From: an uncultured Bacteriovoracaceae bacterium
Lineage (GTDB): Bacteria; Desulfobacterota; Desulfomonilia; UBA1062
Direction: 5' to 3'
Assembly: GCA_964572405.1 (NCBI GenBank)
Contig: CAZNGL010000001.1
Span: forward strand, 11,553-75,552
DNA length: 64,000 bases
Part shown: positions 62,624 to 64,000 of the stretch, one piece after another
Layout of the letters: every line of letters starts with the position of its first letter
Position numbering within the stretch: position 1 is the stretch's first letter
Translations under genes and position numbers: made by a program
The notes under the pieces: generated by a model
Seen by the model: only the letters and a program-made list of their open reading frames with translations
Told to the model about the DNA's origin: nothing
The model's database searches: none

Positions 62624-64000
62624 TCCTTTTTCCTGCTCCCGGGCTTCATGATCACGGTCTCCTCCAGCTCTTCGGCCGAACTGTTTTTTGGCCAAGGCCC
62701 CTGCTGCACGGGGGGTGCTGCGGGGCCGGGTTTCGCACCCATGACCACGGTGGCGTCGAGGTCTGGCTGAGCGGGCTTCTGTGCAGGAGCAGCACCTGCG
62801 CCGAGGATAAGGGTCTGGGCGCTGTCTTGCTCCGGCGGCGTCACCTGCGTGGAGAGCCGCGCACCCATGACCACGGTCTGTGACAAGTCCTCCTCCCGGG
62901 GAGGCTCGGGTGCCGTGCCTGCACCGGCGGGTGCTGCGCCCGTCACCATGGTCCTGTCCAGGTCCCCTTCCGGCTCAGGCCGGGCGGACTCAGGCGCATG
63001 CCGCATGATCACGGTCTCGGTGCGGAAGTCCTCTTCCTCCGGTGCGGCTGGAAGTGCGGTCGCGGAGGGCCCGGGAGGTACTTCGGCCGGAACAAGGGCC
63101 GCTTCCTGCTCCCACCTGGCCCGTATCCTGCCCAGGGCCTCACCGATGGCCGCATCGCCCTCCGCCCCGGCGTGGTCTTCCTTCCCCTGCTCCCGATGAG
63201 GCCCGTCAACGCCGCTGCGGGAGAGCATTTCCTCCCGGAGGGCATCCATGAGCACCCTGTGGGCCTGTGCGAATGCCGCGGGGGAACCCTGTGCGTCCTG
63301 AGCTTTCAGCAGGAGCTCCGCGCCAAGCTCAAGGGTCTGTGCCCAGAGCCCCCGCCACCGGGAGGGCGCCTCCCGGGGCTCCCAGAAGAGGTTCCTGGCG
63401 TCCAGGACGGGGTCTGCGGGATCCACGCGCTTCTCCTTCAGTGCCCGGGCAAGGGCCTGGTTGACGGTCCGGGCATCCTGCAGGCGGTTTGCGAGCAGTG
63501 CCTGGAACCAGAGCAGCCCCATGACATGGGCTGCGTAAAGTGCGCCCGGGGCGGGCGGGACCTCCGGTATCTCCGGGTCCATGTCCGTGAAGGCGAGGTC
63601 TGCTGACCAGAATGCGGGCAGCAGCCTCCCCTGGTCGGGGATCCGTACCCACAGCCTGTCCAGACCCGGGCCGAACCGGGGACAGGTGAGGGGTTCGGTG
63701 TCTGAAAGGATGCCGCGGGCCACCTCTCCCAGGAACGAGAGCTTCAGGTACAGCACCTCCAGGAATTGCCGGTCGTCCGCTGCATCAAAGAGGAGCGGCG
63801 CACGGCAGCGGGCCGAAACCTCTGCCACCTGCCTCGCCCGGGCCCGCTCCCCGTTGCCCGAGAGGGAGCGCTCCAACTCCCGGGGTGACGCCCCCGAGAC
63901 CAGTGCGAGGAAATCCGCGGCGTTCATGGACGCGGCCTCGTACAGGGCCAGGTGGAAGGGATAGAAGGCGACGGAGACCAGCCGCTTGTCCGCCTGTCCG
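62620..64000 (-). CDS. Hypothetical protein (5' end beyond the window) with a C-terminal Pro/Ala-rich region carrying ~5 degenerate (E/D)..T(V/L)(V/I)M(G/K) repeats
   Basis: The reading frame stays open to the window edge (...GQADKRLVSVAFYPFHLALYEAAS-M...). The C-terminus has TETVIMRH, RTMVTGA, SQTVVMGA, AQTLILGA, DATVVMGA, EETVIMKP spaced ~20 aa apart. Confidence 0.4.
   Translation of the reverse strand, partial: GQADKRLVSVAFYPFHLALYEAASMNAADFLALVSGASPRELERSLSGNGERARARQVAEVSARCRAPLLFDAADDRQFLEVLYLKLSFLGEVARGILSDTEPLTCPRFGPGLDRLWVRIPDQGRLLPAFWSADLAFTDMDPEIPEVPPAPGALYAAHVMGLLWFQALLANRLQDARTVNQALARALKEKRVDPADPVLDARNLFWEPREAPSRWRGLWAQTLELGAELLLKAQDAQGSPAAFAQAHRVLMDALREEMLSRSGVDGPHREQGKEDHAGAEGDAAIGEALGRIRARWEQEAALVPAEVPPGPSATALPAAPEEEDFRTETVIMRHAPESARPEPEGDLDRTMVTGAAPAGAGTAPEPPREEDLSQTVVMGARLSTQVTPPEQDSAQTLILGAGAAPAQKPAQPDLDATVVMGAKPGPAAPPVQQGPWPKNSSAEELEETVIMKPGSRKKE

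Noticed and set aside
1-64000. CRISPR arrays, IS elements/transposases, integrases, tRNA genes
   Set aside because: No direct-repeat/spacer arrays, no transposase- or integrase-like ORFs, and no intergenic region large or structured enough for a tRNA. The T6SS island shows no flanking mobile-element signatures within this window.

Overview
High-GC (~65%) bacterial window, probably from an anaerobic Desulfobacterota-like genome. That placement is an inference from gene content: selenoprotein SelD, a 2-hydroxyacyl-CoA-dehydratase-family gene, Ldh_2, BioY. The 5' third (1-14 kb) is ordinary metabolism and transport: a C69-like peptidase, a polar amino acid ABC transporter, selD with an in-frame TGA, a LysR regulator, Ldh_2, a radical SAM gene, Dus, BioY, and an acyl-CoA ligase followed by an HGD-family gene. 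14-22.6 kb holds an unusual cell-envelope island: two paralogous lipoproteins built from ~95-aa cadherin-like/He_PIG tandem repeats bracket a predicted outer-membrane beta-barrel, and the island is surrounded by three proteins carrying a CsgG-like lipoprotein module. 22.7-32.1 kb is a Ser/Thr-phosphorylation regulatory module for type VI secretion (PpkA-like kinase with a PEGA domain, trypsin-like protease, PP2C phosphatase, an FHA domain fused to a membrane lytic transglycosylase, a divergent dual-FHA Fha) plus accessory transglutaminase-like, methyltransferase-like and redoxin-TPR genes. 32.1-64 kb, entirely on the minus strand, is a complete T6SS-i locus: a VgrG module with two DUF2169 adaptors around a Gly/Ala/Met-rich effector candidate, then core genes tssJKLM-tagF-tagJ-tssABC-hcp-tssEFG-clpV. 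The most novel element is an extra operon downstream of clpV encoding a single-polypeptide TssB-TssC fusion sheath paralog lacking the TssC C-terminal domain, followed by a small secreted protein, a zinc-ribbon/HTH mini-protein and a 508-aa HemK-like methyltransferase that sits convergent (tail-to-tail) with a paralogous 507-aa methyltransferase. Many long ORFs in the supplied track are antisense or out-of-frame artefacts of high GC (Arg/Gly/Pro/His-rich) and are not called.
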